A stretch of DNA of 64,000 nucleotides, taken from the NCBI GenBank assembly GCA_043228905.1, contig JBHGNT010000010.1:7130001-7194000 (forward strand), given 5' to 3'. This document shows positions 37,720-50,834 of the stretch, piece after piece (position 1 is the stretch's first letter; each line of letters starts with the position of its first letter). The translations under genes and the position numbers were made by a program. The stretch is from Azolla caroliniana (taxonomy: Eukaryota > Plantae > Polypodiophyta). The notes beneath the pieces were generated by a model, which had not been told where the DNA came from, made no database searches, and saw only the letters and a program-made list of their open reading frames with translations.

Positions 37720-39947
37720 TTAATCTATATCTTCTATGAAGTCCTCGATCTCATCATTATGCTCATGAGAAGTTCCTGTAAAAATATGACGATATGCCTT
37801 GCTTTCTCGCCACAACAAAATGCTAGCATTGAAGTCATGTTCTTCTAGTTTAGGTCCTTCAATAGAGATTCGTATCAATGCATCAATCGCATTGTTTTTC
37901 AACCTATTTCTAAACTTATTTTTTATTAGATTTAGGCGACTAAAGCCTCTCTCACACGCTGCTATAGAAGAACATTGGATTAAACCTATCAATGCAATCT
38001 TTAGAAGTTCGGGTAGCTTTTCTTTCCACACATCATTACAATTTATCATACCCCAAACATCTAAGAAATCTCTTCCAAGCCATTCTGTGGTAGCTTGCCT
38101 TTTGAAAATTGCATATTCATCATACAATTTATCATTATCAATTATGGGAGAAAACGCTCTCCCATCTACCATTTTTTGAATGCCATAAAAATTTCCAAGT
38201 GTTTTCAACTCATTAAGACCCATAGTTTTTCGTGCTAAAATGCTTGTAGATCCGCAGACATGTTCATTGGCGATAACATTTTCAATGCGCAAAGAGTTAC
38301 CGGATCTTGAAGCCTCTTTTTTATTGTCTCTATTAATGCCTTAGAAAACAAAGTTTGGAATTGTATGGCTTCAATCAAGTCCTCACCATCAATACATCTA
38401 TCCATGAGGATGCTTTTATACATATTACCTTTAATAACATCTCTTAAAACTGAAAGCATTCCTTTTTCTCTACGATATTCTGGAATAATTGGATAACTAT
38501 AGCTATCCTTCTCAAAACCATTTAGATCCATCATAACATGATGGAGAAATTGTTCTTCGATCTCCCCAATGGCTATCATAGCCAAACCTCCAACGCATGT
38601 CACATCCACATATTCCTTTTGGAATTCCATACTTAACGTTGACATGATCTTAAGTACATCTGCAAGAAAGTGAAGCATATACACTACTTTGAAGTTTCTT
38701 AAACTTACGAATACATTGTATGCATCACTTTGCGATTGTAAAGTCTTCATCAAGGGTTCATACACATCACATACCCTCATGATAGCACCATGCCGACTAA
38801 GCCATCGTGTTTTCACAATCCCAAGAATATGCAAATGTGTGTATTCTAGTGCATCTTGCATCTTAGTTAATTCACCTTGGCGCAGTCAGCTCCTCAAGAA
38901 ATGTGCAGCCACCCGATTCACAAGGGCATCTAACTGCTTACATGTTTCTTTGACTTCAATGTTCTTTGAAGCCTCTTGCACACACAAGTTTTTTCGATGT
39001 GCACAACAATGTAAGGAAGTCATAAATGGGTTATATGACTTCAATCTTGTAGCAACACCTGTAGACATACCTACCATAATAGATGCTCCATCACTTCCGA
39101 ATCCCATCATTTTTCTAACATCTAAGTTTCACTTTTTTAATAATACTAAAATGCTTTCTGTTATTGTGTTTGATGTACCATCCTCTACTTCAAGTAACCC
39201 CAAATAAGAGGTTCTTACTTGCCTTCCTTCCACAAATGTAGCATAAAGAATCAAGTTCTTGGTTACGCTTACATCGGTAGCTTCATCTACCATAAGCCCA
39301 AACCAAGGACTTTTCCTCAACCTATCATAGATCTCAGCTTCAAGAGCCTTGCTAATGTGCAAGATAAAGCTTGCACAAGCCTTATTATCGTTATACATTC
39401 GTGGAAGGCCTTCCACACCACATTCTCTTAACAATCGTAAGAGGCTTTCCAATTTTCTAAATGCTAAATCCTCTTTAGCTATAAAATAACATTTAAACAA
39501 TTTTTCAATTGCTACATCCACACTTGCTTCTTTTTTTTATGCACATTTTTCAAGACCATTCTTGTCACGTTCTTGTAACAAAATGGCATCTCAATGGGCC
39601 ACACTTCTTGCATGTTCTTCTAATGCGGAAGTCTTAAAGTTTTTGGCACTTGTTTTGCCAAATGAAGACTTACTATGAGGATCACTCCTACAATAACTAC
39701 ACCATATAAGACCAGTTTCTAAATCCTCTTGAAGCCACTTAAATTTAGTAAGCCAATCTTCTTAAAATTTTAGTTTGTCCTTACTAATTCTATTCATCTC
39801 ATGAAGTAATTCTTCGGAGTGTTGATGGTCCTTTATAGGCTCTTCTAGAGACACATCTTCTTTAGATGGCAAGTTTTTCCTAAAGCCGGTCATTGTAAAG
39901 AGGCTAATTTGCTTTCCTTTGCCTTTCATATTCTTGTTTTGGGACAT
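37720..39947 (-). pseudogene. hAT transposase (ZNF862/DUF4371 type), disrupted
   Basis: TTF-like finger WCSYC...H...H, LMVDEATD, SDGAS, HCCAHR, TRWLSR, dimerisation motif CERGFSRLNLIK. Several stops and frameshifts. Confidence 0.9.
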
Positions 39948-40783
39948 ACTGTAAGTCTGTAACAATAATGCAGAGAATGTTTGACTAACATAATATATGG
40001 ATTCTATTTACAAGAAGGCGAAACCTACATACACAATCCATGTTTCCAAAAAGAAAAAACAAATTAAGATACCTGGGATATTTGAAGTTTCCGAGGCAAT
40101 AAAGGATCAATTTTCCACTATGGACCTTCCAATCTATCAGAAAATAAAGAAGAAAGAAGATGGTTCACATTAGCTTACCCACATTAAATAAGCTCTAGTT
40201 TAGAACACTGAGATTTTGAGATACACTTTAGAGATCAGAAAAACTTAAGATATAAATTAGAATGGATTTACAAATGGGAGTAATGGATAGAAATTGATTT
40301 GCAACGGCCAAGAAAGACATCATATTCAACACATAGAATCACATGCTGCTAATGTAAATTTCCAAACAAGAAATATGTCAAAAAGAAGGAAATCATAGCT
40401 AAAATCATTTCAAATATGTCAAGAAATTCGTTTTCCCACAAAATGCATTTAGTAGGAAAGATTTTGAGATACACTTTAGAGATCACAAACAAGATGACAA
40501 TACGAATGCAAGGTAGTAATAGAATATGCATGCCTCCTTGTGATTTATTCTTGTCTATTCCCATCATCTTTCTATGCTTTTCTTGTGCTAAGATAATTTG
40601 TTGTACATAATTCCCTCCCAATTTTCAACCTATCGTCCACTACATGTGTTTGAATTACATGATGATTCTCATCTCAAATTTGTTGGTTCATCTAGTTATA
40701 TTGTAATAAGTAAATAGTATTTCAGATTCGTTAATTTGTTTATCATAGTAGCCCCTTGATGATGATGATGAAGAAGAGAAAAT

Positions 40784-42057
40784 CTCTTTCCACACCTAGT
40801 TCCATTACATCTTCACAAGTCCATGTTCACCCACTAAAAAGAAGCATGAAGATGTAATCCTCTTCTCCAATGCACATACTTTGCAATGATCCCACAACTT
40901 TGCCTTACAATGTTCAAGAGACATTTAAATACTCTTTCCACACCTAGTTCCCTTACATCTTGAACACAACTTCATGTTCACCCACTAAAAAGAAGCATGA
41001 AGATGTGACCCTCTTCCCCAAATGCACATACTTTGCAATGATATCACATCCTTTCCTTACAATGTTCAAGAGACGTTTAAAAAGTGATCAAATCACTTGA
41101 TAATAGAAAATGTCATACATGAGTGTTTGATTGAAAGCCAACATTGCAATGTATTGCAAAATGAATCTCTTCATTATTATTACATTTTATGATTGATCTT
41201 AAGGTCTTATTGTCATCAAACTACGTACATGAAGACTACGCTTATTAATATGTATATTCTAGAGTAAAAACATACAATCTAGAAGGAAAATAAACAAGGC
41301 AATATGAGAAAATGGATTGAGGGTACAAGACCCTAATACTTAAAAATGTGCACTCACCCAACAATAGAGAGCAGCGAGTGACAAGCAATGCACAACTCCT
41401 AGTGAGCGGCAAGTAACGAGCAACGATCAACGAGCGTCAAGTAACGCGCGTGAATCGTCGAGTGGTGAGCGGTGAGCAACGAATGATGGGTGACGAGTGA
41501 CGAGCGGCAATCAGCGAGTGATGAGCGGCAATTTCTGAGTGATGAGCGGCCGCCTACAATCAACGAGGAAGAAGCAACGAGCTGTGGGCGATTTGCAATG
41601 TATTGCAAAATGAATCTCTTCATTATTATTACATTTTATGATTGATCTTAAGGTCTTATTGTCATCAAACTACGTACATGAAGACTACGCTTATTAATAT
41701 GTATATTCTAGAGTAAAAACATACAATCTAGAAGGAAAATAAACAAGGCAATGACATTCACATAATTATATGAGAAAATGGATTGAGGGTACAAGACCCT
41801 AATACTTAAAAATGTGCACTCACCCAACAATAGAGAGCAGCGAGTGATGAGCAATGCACAACTCCTAGTGAGCAGCAAGTAACAAGCGATGATCAACGAG
41901 CGACAAGTAACGCGCGCGAATCGTCGAGTGGTGAGAGCTGAGTGACGAATGATGGGTGACGAGTGACGAGCGGCAATCAGCGAGGGACGAGCGGCAATTT
42001 CTGAGTGATGAGAGGCCACGGACAATCAACGAGGGAGAAGCAACGAGTTGTGGGCAG
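40784..42057. repeat. Two tandem duplications inside the hAT element: 2 x ~148 bp (40784-41081) and 2 x ~449 bp (41144-42057)
   Basis: CTCTTTCCACACCTAGTTCC at 40784 and 40932; TTGCAATGTATTGCAAAATG at 41144 and 41593. Confidence 0.92.
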
Positions 42058-45000
42058 TGAGCAGTGAGTAGTGAACGAACAATGAATAACAAGCAGTTGT
42101 TAACGAACAATTAGGAAGTAGGAAGGAGGAACGGCAATGAGCAATGAGGAGGGAGCAGTGAGCAACGAGGAGGGAGCAACGAGCAAGGAGGGAGTAGCAG
42201 GAAATCAGACGACGACAGAGAGGGAGAAAAACAAAAAGAGGGGGGAAAGTAAAACAAAAAAAGGGGAAAAACATGAAAAATATATATATAAACTTTTTTT
42301 TACCTTTATTTTTTACATAAACTATATAAATAGCCGGTTCAAAAAATATGAACCGGCTAGATTCCGGTTGGTAGGAAAACTTGGCCGGAATCAATTCCGG
42401 TTGTCCCCCACCTTGGCCGGTAAAAGTCCCAACCCAACCGGAACGCTAACACTTTTCCTGGGACTTTGCCCAACACTGGTAGCGATACCATGGGAGAATG
42501 AGATGATCCAAGAAGAGTTATTAGCGGCACGGATAAGGCAACTTGAAAGAAAACCTGAAGATCTAGAAAAAGCGCGAAAGATGATGGAGGCAACCCGAGT
42601 GAAGAACAAAATTCGGTTTGACAAGACGCATCGACTACGTCCCAAGAAGATCGAAGAAGGAGATTGGGTATTGGTCTACAACAACAACCTTGACAATCAA
42701 CACAGTACAACAAGAAAGTTCACAAGAAGATGGTTCAGACCGTATGTGGTAACAAATGCCAACGATAATGCCACATACCACATTGCAGAGCTACACGGAT
42801 CAAGGTTGGCCGTACCCATTGCGAGGAAAAGAGTAAAGATTTTCAAGAAAAGACAAGACGAGGATCCTGACCTCGATCACCTCGACGATGAAGATAATAG
42901 GACGGATGTGAATGAGGACATGGAATAATCTGATTGATCACCGTAGCCGAAATCTTGCACTCTCTCTTCTTGGCACGTACTAGAGGACGTGCGGTTTGGT
43001 GGGGGTGGATGTCGTGAAGATTTTCGGCAATGGTGTGAAAATTGCATGGAACGTACAAAATCAAGTGTGGTTCTTTACACACAATATGAACAATAATAAT
43101 GTAAATAAGTTTAATCTTGGTACAAAAAGATGGAGATCTTGAAGAGCTTTTGAATGCACTTTGTTACATAATAAACGAACATCTAAACGTCAAGTTATGT
43201 GGATATGAAGTTTGCAAAGAAAAAGGGAAAAATAAAAAAAAAGTGAGATATCCCACATAGACAGGACAAATAAGGATCTCACCATATATAAGGAAGAGCA
43301 AAAGCTATTATCTTTGTGTTTGTGTGTGGAGAATAGAAAGGATGAGTTGAATGACTTGGTGAATGGATGTAGCCAAGTTAATTGGTTTTGGACGGCGACA
43401 GAACCAAAACCAGATGGACGGACGATGATGGATCCGGCATCCGGCGACCTTTGGATGAGGACCGAACCGGGCCAAACCGAACGGATGCAAATCAGATGGA
43501 TTGGTCGGGTCGGTTGATCGCGGTGCATGGTGTTTTAAAGATATTTGGTCCAAAAGCCAAATATTTTGTGCATAAAAGAAAAAACTGTAAGCAAGACTTG
43601 ACCTTGCACCTCCAAGATAGAAGGCAATAAACTTACGACTAGACTATGTCATTTCCTTAGAAATGTTTTTCCTATCATTATAGTTTTACATGTAAATTCT
43701 CATATTAGAACTTGATTGAGTGAAATGTGATGCATGAGCGCCAAATGGCAAACATGCATTACATGCATTCCATGCATTGTATACATGTCTTATACCCTCA
43801 CATACATCATATGCATGGGAGCATCTATAAAAGGGTGGATGAAAAAGATCAAAAGGGGGAGCGATGTATTAATCAAGAAATTAAAAGTAAGAAATTCGTT
43901 ATCCAATTGATGTATCAATCTTATTCTTCAAATCTAAAGTCAAGAGTTCAATCTTAAATCTCTCTCAATCTAAAGTCAAGCATTCTATCTTTTCTCAATC
44001 TCTCTCTCTCAATCTATCTTAAATCCTTTCTCGCTAAAACTAGTGCAAACTTCAAGTCCTTCCGGTCCAGAAACCCAGTGGTTCCGCCTCACGATCCGCA
44101 CGTAGTGACGGATCTTCACGACAATGTGAGCATTGGCAGGAGTCGATATTTTGACTCCTTCATTGACGATTTCAGCCGGCTTGGATTTATCTAATCGAGA
44201 AGAAGAGCGAAGTCTTCTCGTGCATCCGGGACCTAAAGAGTTATGTTGAACGAGAAACCGGAAGAAAGATCAAATATCTGAGATTGGATGGTGGAAAAGA
44301 ATATTTTTCCGGCCAGTTCACAAGTTATCTACAGACCAAGGAAATTCATTGAGAGTTCTCCTGTAGATACACGTCGATGCAGAACGATGTGGCTGAACAT
44401 CGGAACTAGACGTTGGTAGAAGCGGCGAGGGCAATGATGGAGGAGAAGTGCATGGCTCGAATTTATTGGGCCGAAGCAATTCGGACAATAGTCTACATAC
44501 AGAATCAAATATCTGCCTCAGGGACAAAGGTGTCACCGCACGAACTATATTTCGAGCGGAAGCTAAATTTGGCGCACCATCTAGTATTCAGCAACATTGC
44601 CTATGTGCATGTGCCGGATGAGAAGCGGAAGAAGCTGGATGTCAAAGTCGAGAAGTGTATCTTGGTTGGCTAATTCGACGAGCAGAAGGGGTACAAATGC
44701 TACAACCCCTAGTCAAAACAAGTTGGAGTTACCCACGATGTCGTTTTTGACGAATCAGCATTTTGGTACTTCTCATCACCCGAACCCGAGCCGATTGTTG
44801 CGAATGAGGCGACAGATTCTGGAACAGAGGGAAGCATAAAGGAATCCGATCAACCGGATAGTCCGACTTCCCTCTAGATCAGTGGACCGATTCCGGACTG
44901 GTTGAGTCGGAGTGGTCAACCGGATGTTGAGCCGACGAGTAGTCAAAACTTGGCCTGCTCTCCTCAGTTACCCCTACATGTGTAGTAGTATCATTTAAAG

Positions 45001-47988
45001 CCAATATGTCTATATCATCACATGTTGCGTTTATTTAATCTATCTCCATAGAACATGATCATGGAACACTCAATTGTTTAGCATCTTAACCGCCTTTGCC
45101 ATAAGTATTTCTTTCTCTTTGTTGTTTAAGGCACAACAATCTTTCTGAAAATGCCTCTTTCTATGACAATAATGGCATCCTAGATTTTCTTCTATTCGTA
45201 TCATTTCCATTATTGTTTCTAGTTTGGCATTCACCATGTTGTTGGGTCTTGCGATAACCAACCTCATATACATTATTTTCATCTTGTAAAGAATCAAGAG
45301 ATGGATTCTTGTGAAGCGGAAGAGATGTGAGTTATGTGTGTGTGTAAGAGAGAGAGAGAGAGAGTGTGAGTGAAACACAGAGAATATGCAAGGTAAAATT
45401 ATATTAGCAAAGGAGAAAGACTCAACATTATACAAGGTGGGAGGAGGGTGCTTTATGTAGTCACCCTCTCTCTTCATTAACTACAAGCCTCATCGAGCAT
45501 GGGGAATGTGAAAGCTCATAAGTTATGTGTCATAGAATATGATTCTATGACTCATACTAAATGCTAGAATACAAAGTGGTGACATAATGGTGACTCTTGA
45601 CTATTGGAGTGTCTCTTCACTCTCAAGGTGAGTTCACACACTAGACCAAGTTGAGCTTGATTCTCAACACGCCCCCTCAAGCTCAAGTCGGGTCGGTTTC
45701 AGACGGTATCCGAAATCCGCTTCAACTCGTGTTCCGAAGTCCGCGTCAGCTCGCTTTATGCGGAGTTGTGGAATCTGTGCTCCAGCTTGCATTGTGCGTA
45801 GTTACGAAGTTTGTGCTTCGGCTTGCATCTTTCTTCGCGGCTTTGCGCGGTAGATCGGCTCTTCGCTGCTTCGTTGCGTGGTTGCGGAATCCACGCGTTA
45901 TTGTGTAGTGTCTTCAGTACTCCCCCTCAAGCTTGCCAGGTCATGGATCGTCAATCCGAGATCGGTCATGAATTGCCATAGCTTGTCGGCTCCTAAGGCT
46001 TTGGTGAAGATGTCGGCCATTTGAAGATTGGTGCTAATGTGTTGTAGGTCGACATCACCAGCCAGAACGCACTCTCGGATTAAGTGATAGTGCACTTCGA
46101 TGTGCTTTGTCCGCGCGTGGAACACCGGGTTCCGAGCTAGATAGATATTGCTCATGTTGTCGCAGTAAAGGGAAGTCGGATCCTTGATGGGTACGCCCAG
46201 ATCCTTCAAAATCATCTTGAGCCATACGACTTCACACGCAGCTACGGTTGCGCCCCTGTATTCTGCCTCCGTACTCGAAAGAGCGATGGTAGGCTGCTTC
46301 TTGCTACTCCAGGATATTGCTCCGCTGCCGAGGGAGAAAACAAATCCGGAGTTTGATCTTCTATCGTCTTTGTAGCCGGCCCAATCGGCATCTGTGTACC
46401 CCTCGAGTCGTATTGGCATCACGATCTTGTAGAGGATGCCGCAATCCATTGTGCCACTCACGTATCGTAGAACTCGCTTAGCGCAATCCAAGTGAGTATC
46501 ACGTGGTGTTTGCATGAATTGGCTAAGGAGACCGACCGGATAACTGAGATCGGGTCGAGTGATCGTGAGGTAGATGAGACTTCCGATGAGTTGCCGATAC
46601 TGAGTCGGCTCACATGCTTTGGTGCCGGAGTTCGCATCTAGTTTGAGATTACGATCGAGCAGGGTTGCCACGGATTTGCACTCAGCCATCTCGGACTTGT
46701 ATAACAAGTTGAGGATGTAGTGCCGTTGAGAGATCATGATTTCGGCTGGAGTCCGAATTACCTCGATGCTAAGGAAGTAGTGGAGCTCCTTCATGTCCGT
46801 CATCTCGAACTTGTCGGAAAGGAGAGGTTTGACTTTATTGATTTCGACGAGATGCTCACCTCCAATGACTAGGTCATCCACATATAAAATGATGACGATC
46901 GGACTTGCGGAATCGCTTCATATGTAGAGGGAGTTGTCCGATTTTGACATACCGAAGCCGATTTGATGAAGATATTGCGTTATCTTCAAATGCCAAGCAC
47001 GTGGTGCTTGCTTGAGGCTGTAGAGTGGCTTCTTGAGTCGGCATACAGCTTCCGGATGGGTGCTCGAGTTGAAGCCGGGTGGTTGGATTATGTACACCTC
47101 CTCTTCTAATTCGCCTTGTAGAAAGGCGTTCTTGACATCCATTTGATGGAAGTGCCACCCTTTCGCCGCGGCAATCGCAATTACGGTCCGCACCGTCGTC
47201 ATCTTTGCCACCGGGGCAAAGCTCTCTTCGTAGTCGACGCCATGCGTCTAAGCATATCCTTTTGCTACAAGTCAAGCTTTGTAGCGGTTTACGGAGTCAT
47301 CGGCGTTATACTTCACCTTGTAGATCCATCTGCATCCGATCGCCTTTTTGTGTGGTGAGGTGGGAACGAGATCCCACGTCTCGTTCTTCCATAGTGCCTG
47401 CATCTCCTCGTTCATTGTTTCGATCCATCGCAGGTCCTTCGCGGCTTCCGAAAAGGTTTCCGGCTCCCGTACTGTCGCTACCTTCATTATAAAGGCGTAA
47501 TGGTACGCCATATAATCGTTGTAGCCGAATCGGCTTACGGGGTTCTTTTCACGAGTGGATCGGCGGAGCTTTTCATTTGCAAAGATGAGGGCTTTCTTGG
47601 CTCCGATTGGTACCTCGAAACCGCCGAACTCACTGTCGAGTGAGTGAGTCGACTCATCGTCGTTGAAGCGATCATCTTCGTATTCCGACATTTTCGCCTT
47701 GCCTTTGTCCATCTTCGGGCTAGGCCATGATGTGCTTTGATCGCTCAAAGGCTCCTGTGGTCCGCTCAATCGGGTCGTGATCGGACTTTCTTCGAATATG
47801 TGCATAAGGCGATCTTCATCCTCGATCTCTTGTTCGGCGAATTCCGGGTCGAGCGGAGTCGGAGTTGGAGTTGTCTCTAGTGCGTACCAGGATGCGGACT
47901 CGTCAAAAACGACATCTCGACTTACTCGAGATTTTCGAGTTGAGGGGTTGTAGCACTTGTACCCCTTTTGCTCCAGTGAGTATGCTAC

Positions 47989-48754
47989 TGTTGGGAGACA
48001 GGTCCCTCCGGATGGGAAGGGAGAAGACCAGTGCCGACGAACAAACTCAGCCGAGGCCGAAACGGTATGAGGAGTACCCGGCTACGGAGAGCCGGATGAT
48101 ACAGGCCCGATGTGAACCGGATGAGGAGTACCCGGCTACGAAGAGCCGGATGATACAGGCCCGGTGTGAACCGGATGAGTAGTACCCGGCTACGGAGAGC
48201 CGGATGGTGCAGGCCCAGTGTGAACCGGATGAGGAGTACCCGGCTACGGAGAGCCGGATGGTGCAGAACCGGTGAGAACCGGAGGAAGAGACATATTCGT
48301 AAATATGTTTCTGAGAGCCCATCGAGGCTATATTTGTAAATAGCCGAAAAGTCATATTAGTATAAATATGACTTAGGGCAAACTTTTAGTATGTTGTTGT
48401 CATTCTTCCTTGTTCAGGTGCAAGAAGAAGAGAGAGTGCGTAATTGTACAGAGAGAGAGAGAGAGAGACGAGGTCGTTGCCTCTGTTGTAACCGCCGCCT
48501 GTGGCGAAGATCGTGAGCACGAGGTCGTTGCCTCCGTGGACTCACTGTTTTGTACATTCTTACATAGTGACAATTTGCAGCCTGTGGACTGCCGTGGTTT
48601 TTCCCTTAGTTTGGGGTTTTCCACGTAAACCTCCTGTGTAGTGTGTGTATCTTCTCTCCTTCTTTGTGTCGTGTTCTATTTCCCGTTTTCTGCGTATGAA
48701 AAGAAGCTCGGTTGTGGCCGAGCGTTGCGCATAAGGAACGTTGGGTTCCCGTCA
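47989..48754 (+). mobile_element. Solo LTR J, related to the E LTR, inserted in the I integrase
   Basis: TG...CA, TSD GCTAC/CCTAC. Shares GGTCCCTCCGGATGGGA, TATAAATATGACTTAGGGCAAAC and ACCGCCGCCTGTGGCGAAGA with E. Four 54-bp repeats at ~48068-48283. Confidence 0.92.
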
Positions 48755-50172
48755 CCTACGAGGATATATTTCTCCGACTTCGGGTCGAGCTTTTGACGCT
48801 TCTCGTCGGGGATGTGCACGTATGCAATGGAGCCGAATATCCGAACATGTGATAGATTCGGCTTCTTTCCGAAGAATTTTTCGTGCGGAGTGACCTCATG
48901 CACGCCGGATGTTGTGCACCGGTTCATTAGGTAGACGGTCGTATTTGCAGCTTCGGCCCAATATGACTGGGGCATATGCTTCTCGTTCATCATGGCCCGC
49001 GCTACTTCGAGGATGTGCCGATTTTTGCACTCGGCTACTCCGTTTTGTTGCGGAGTGTGTCGACAAGTGAATTCTCGCCGAATTCCTTCCTTTCGGAGAT
49101 ACGCCGTGAAATCATCCGAGAAGTACTCCTCGCCGCCATCCGATCGAAGGCATCGTACATGTCGGCCCATGGCTTTCTCGACTTCATTCTTGAAATTTTG
49201 GAAGTGTCCAAACACTTCGCTCTTTTGCCGCATCAGGTAGATCCAAGTGTGCCTAGAGAAGTCGTCAATGAAGAACACGTAATATCGGCATCCGCCGAAT
49301 GTAGCCGTCTGCGTCGGTCCCCGTACGTCGGAATGGACTACGTCGAGTAGACCTTTGCTCACGTTCCGCTCTTTCGGGAATGGGTGTCGGTGTTGCTTGC
49401 CAAATTGGCACGCTTCGCATACACCTTCAATCTCCTTCTCTTTGAATGTCGGGAGTCCAATGACGACTCCTTTCGATTTCATTGCTTTGAGTTTGTTGAG
49501 ATTGATGTGGCCGATTCGCTTGTGCCATAGCTCTATGTCGGAGTCGGCTTTCGTGTTTTTCGCGAACATGGCGGATTTCATCTCGCGTGAATCGAGAATG
49601 AACATCCGGCCCTCTCTTCATCCGCGTGCGATGAGTCGGCCCTCTTTTTCGATGAAGCAACCGCCTTGATTAAATCGAACTTGCATCCCTTGCTCTACAA
49701 TTTGGCCGACGGAGACCAAATTCTTCGTAATGGTTGGTACATGCAAGACATTTTTAATGTAATTTTTCTTACCTTCTTTTCCGAACGGAACATTGCCAAT
49801 GTGCCGAATCGGGCGCGTAGTGTCGTCTCCGGTTTCGACATAGCCGGTCGGTCCGGCTCTCGAAGTTCTCAGAACCATTCTTGATGCAATGTCATATGGT
49901 TCGAGGCACCAGAATCGACGAACCATACGTCTTCCGGACCGGAGGCACTAGTTGAGGTAGCGGCCGACATAGAGTTTGCTCTATGTTTCATCATGAACAT
50001 TCCGCCACGGTCGGAGTTGTGCGCATACATTCCGCCACGATCTTCGTAATCGGAGTTATGCCCGTACATTTCGCCACCGTCGGAGTTCTGTGCATACATT
50101 CCGCCAAGATCGTCGTAGTCGGAGTTGTGTGCGTAATTCGTGAGTTGTCGGCTTGTGGAAGCCGATTCACGC

Positions 50173-50834
50173 TGTCGCGTTGTTACGCGCGTGCGTGGAG
50201 AACAAGGCGGGACCACTGGGGTCTTGGACCGAGGAATAGGTGAGAAGAGAGAGAGAGAGAGACGCTCACACACGTATAGACAGAGAAGTGCACGGGGACG
50301 CGGCCCAACAACACAGGAGACACGAGTTGAGAACACTAGCATATGTATATAAATGTATGCAGATGACTCGAACGGTTACAGCCGACCAGGTCGGCGAGGT
50401 GGATGCCGACGCCTGATCACCCACGCACACAGGAGAGCAAGATGGAGATCCTGCCGGAAGCACACGAGCGTTCCACGGAGCAGGATCAGCCTCCTGAGAA
50501 CCTGCGTCAGAGAAACCTATGGAGACAGACAGAGAAGAAGAGCTCCCCCAGTCCGACAGCACTTCGTTCCTTTTAGCGCGCGATCCCCTCTCTCCCCCCG
50601 TCTCCCTCTCCTTTATAGCTCAAGGAGGGAGGCCGTTTCACCCGTTTACATCACATTAATTCTTTGTCCTTTCGGACAGAGATACTCCTCGATTTCCCTT
50701 ATAGAATATTGCTACCTAGGATCTAACCTTTGTGCCTACCTATCTACCATACGACAAGGGACTTGCCCACGTGTAAGGGCTGGTTCACACACATAACACA
50801 CGATTTGCGCTTGGGGACGGTTTTCTTCACGACA
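50173..50834 (-). mobile_element. Solo LTR K (H-like terminus) inserted in the I gag, 4-bp TSD
   Basis: Minus strand TGTCGTGAAGA...CGCGACA, with ACGC at 50169-50172 and 50835-50838. Removing it restores gag ECRKKMRESASTSR. TATAAA at ~50611-50616. Confidence 0.88.

Larger units (their letters stand above)
37364..42478 (-). mobile_element. hAT DNA transposon (5115 bp)
   Basis: 16-bp TIR CAGTGTTGGGCAAAGT / ACTTTGCCCAACACTG, and 8-bp TSD GTAGCGAT at 37356-37363 and 42479-42486. Confidence 0.97.
36761..44123 (+). mobile_element. Ty3/gypsy element H (integrase and 3' LTR only), split by the hAT element
   Basis: Integrase CETC...DLVSMP...AREDLTNQVEGRAL...YNPEANGKIERGH (36761-37363) continues at 42487-42928. 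G-rich PPT at ~42993-43009. LTR 43010-44123 (TGTCGTGAAGA...TCTTCACGACA). Confidence 0.9.
19524..44960 (+). mobile_element. Ty1/copia element D, fragmented (19524-19765, 25443-26915, 44124-~44960)
   Basis: The 5' LTR is split by E and ends at 25657. PBS 25658-25669, gag from 25750, protease deleted (~26598). The integrase breaks at DVWG (26915) and resumes at VSIGRSRYF (44124). No RT or 3' LTR. Confidence 0.82.

Noticed and set aside
42137-42928. 263-aa ORF as a novel fusion gene
   Set aside because: It is a chance read-through from the hAT terminus into the H integrase C-terminus.
50181-50798. Alternative K boundaries TGTTAC...ATAACA
   Set aside because: The flanks do not match and removal does not restore the gag. 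The 50173-50834 boundaries do both.
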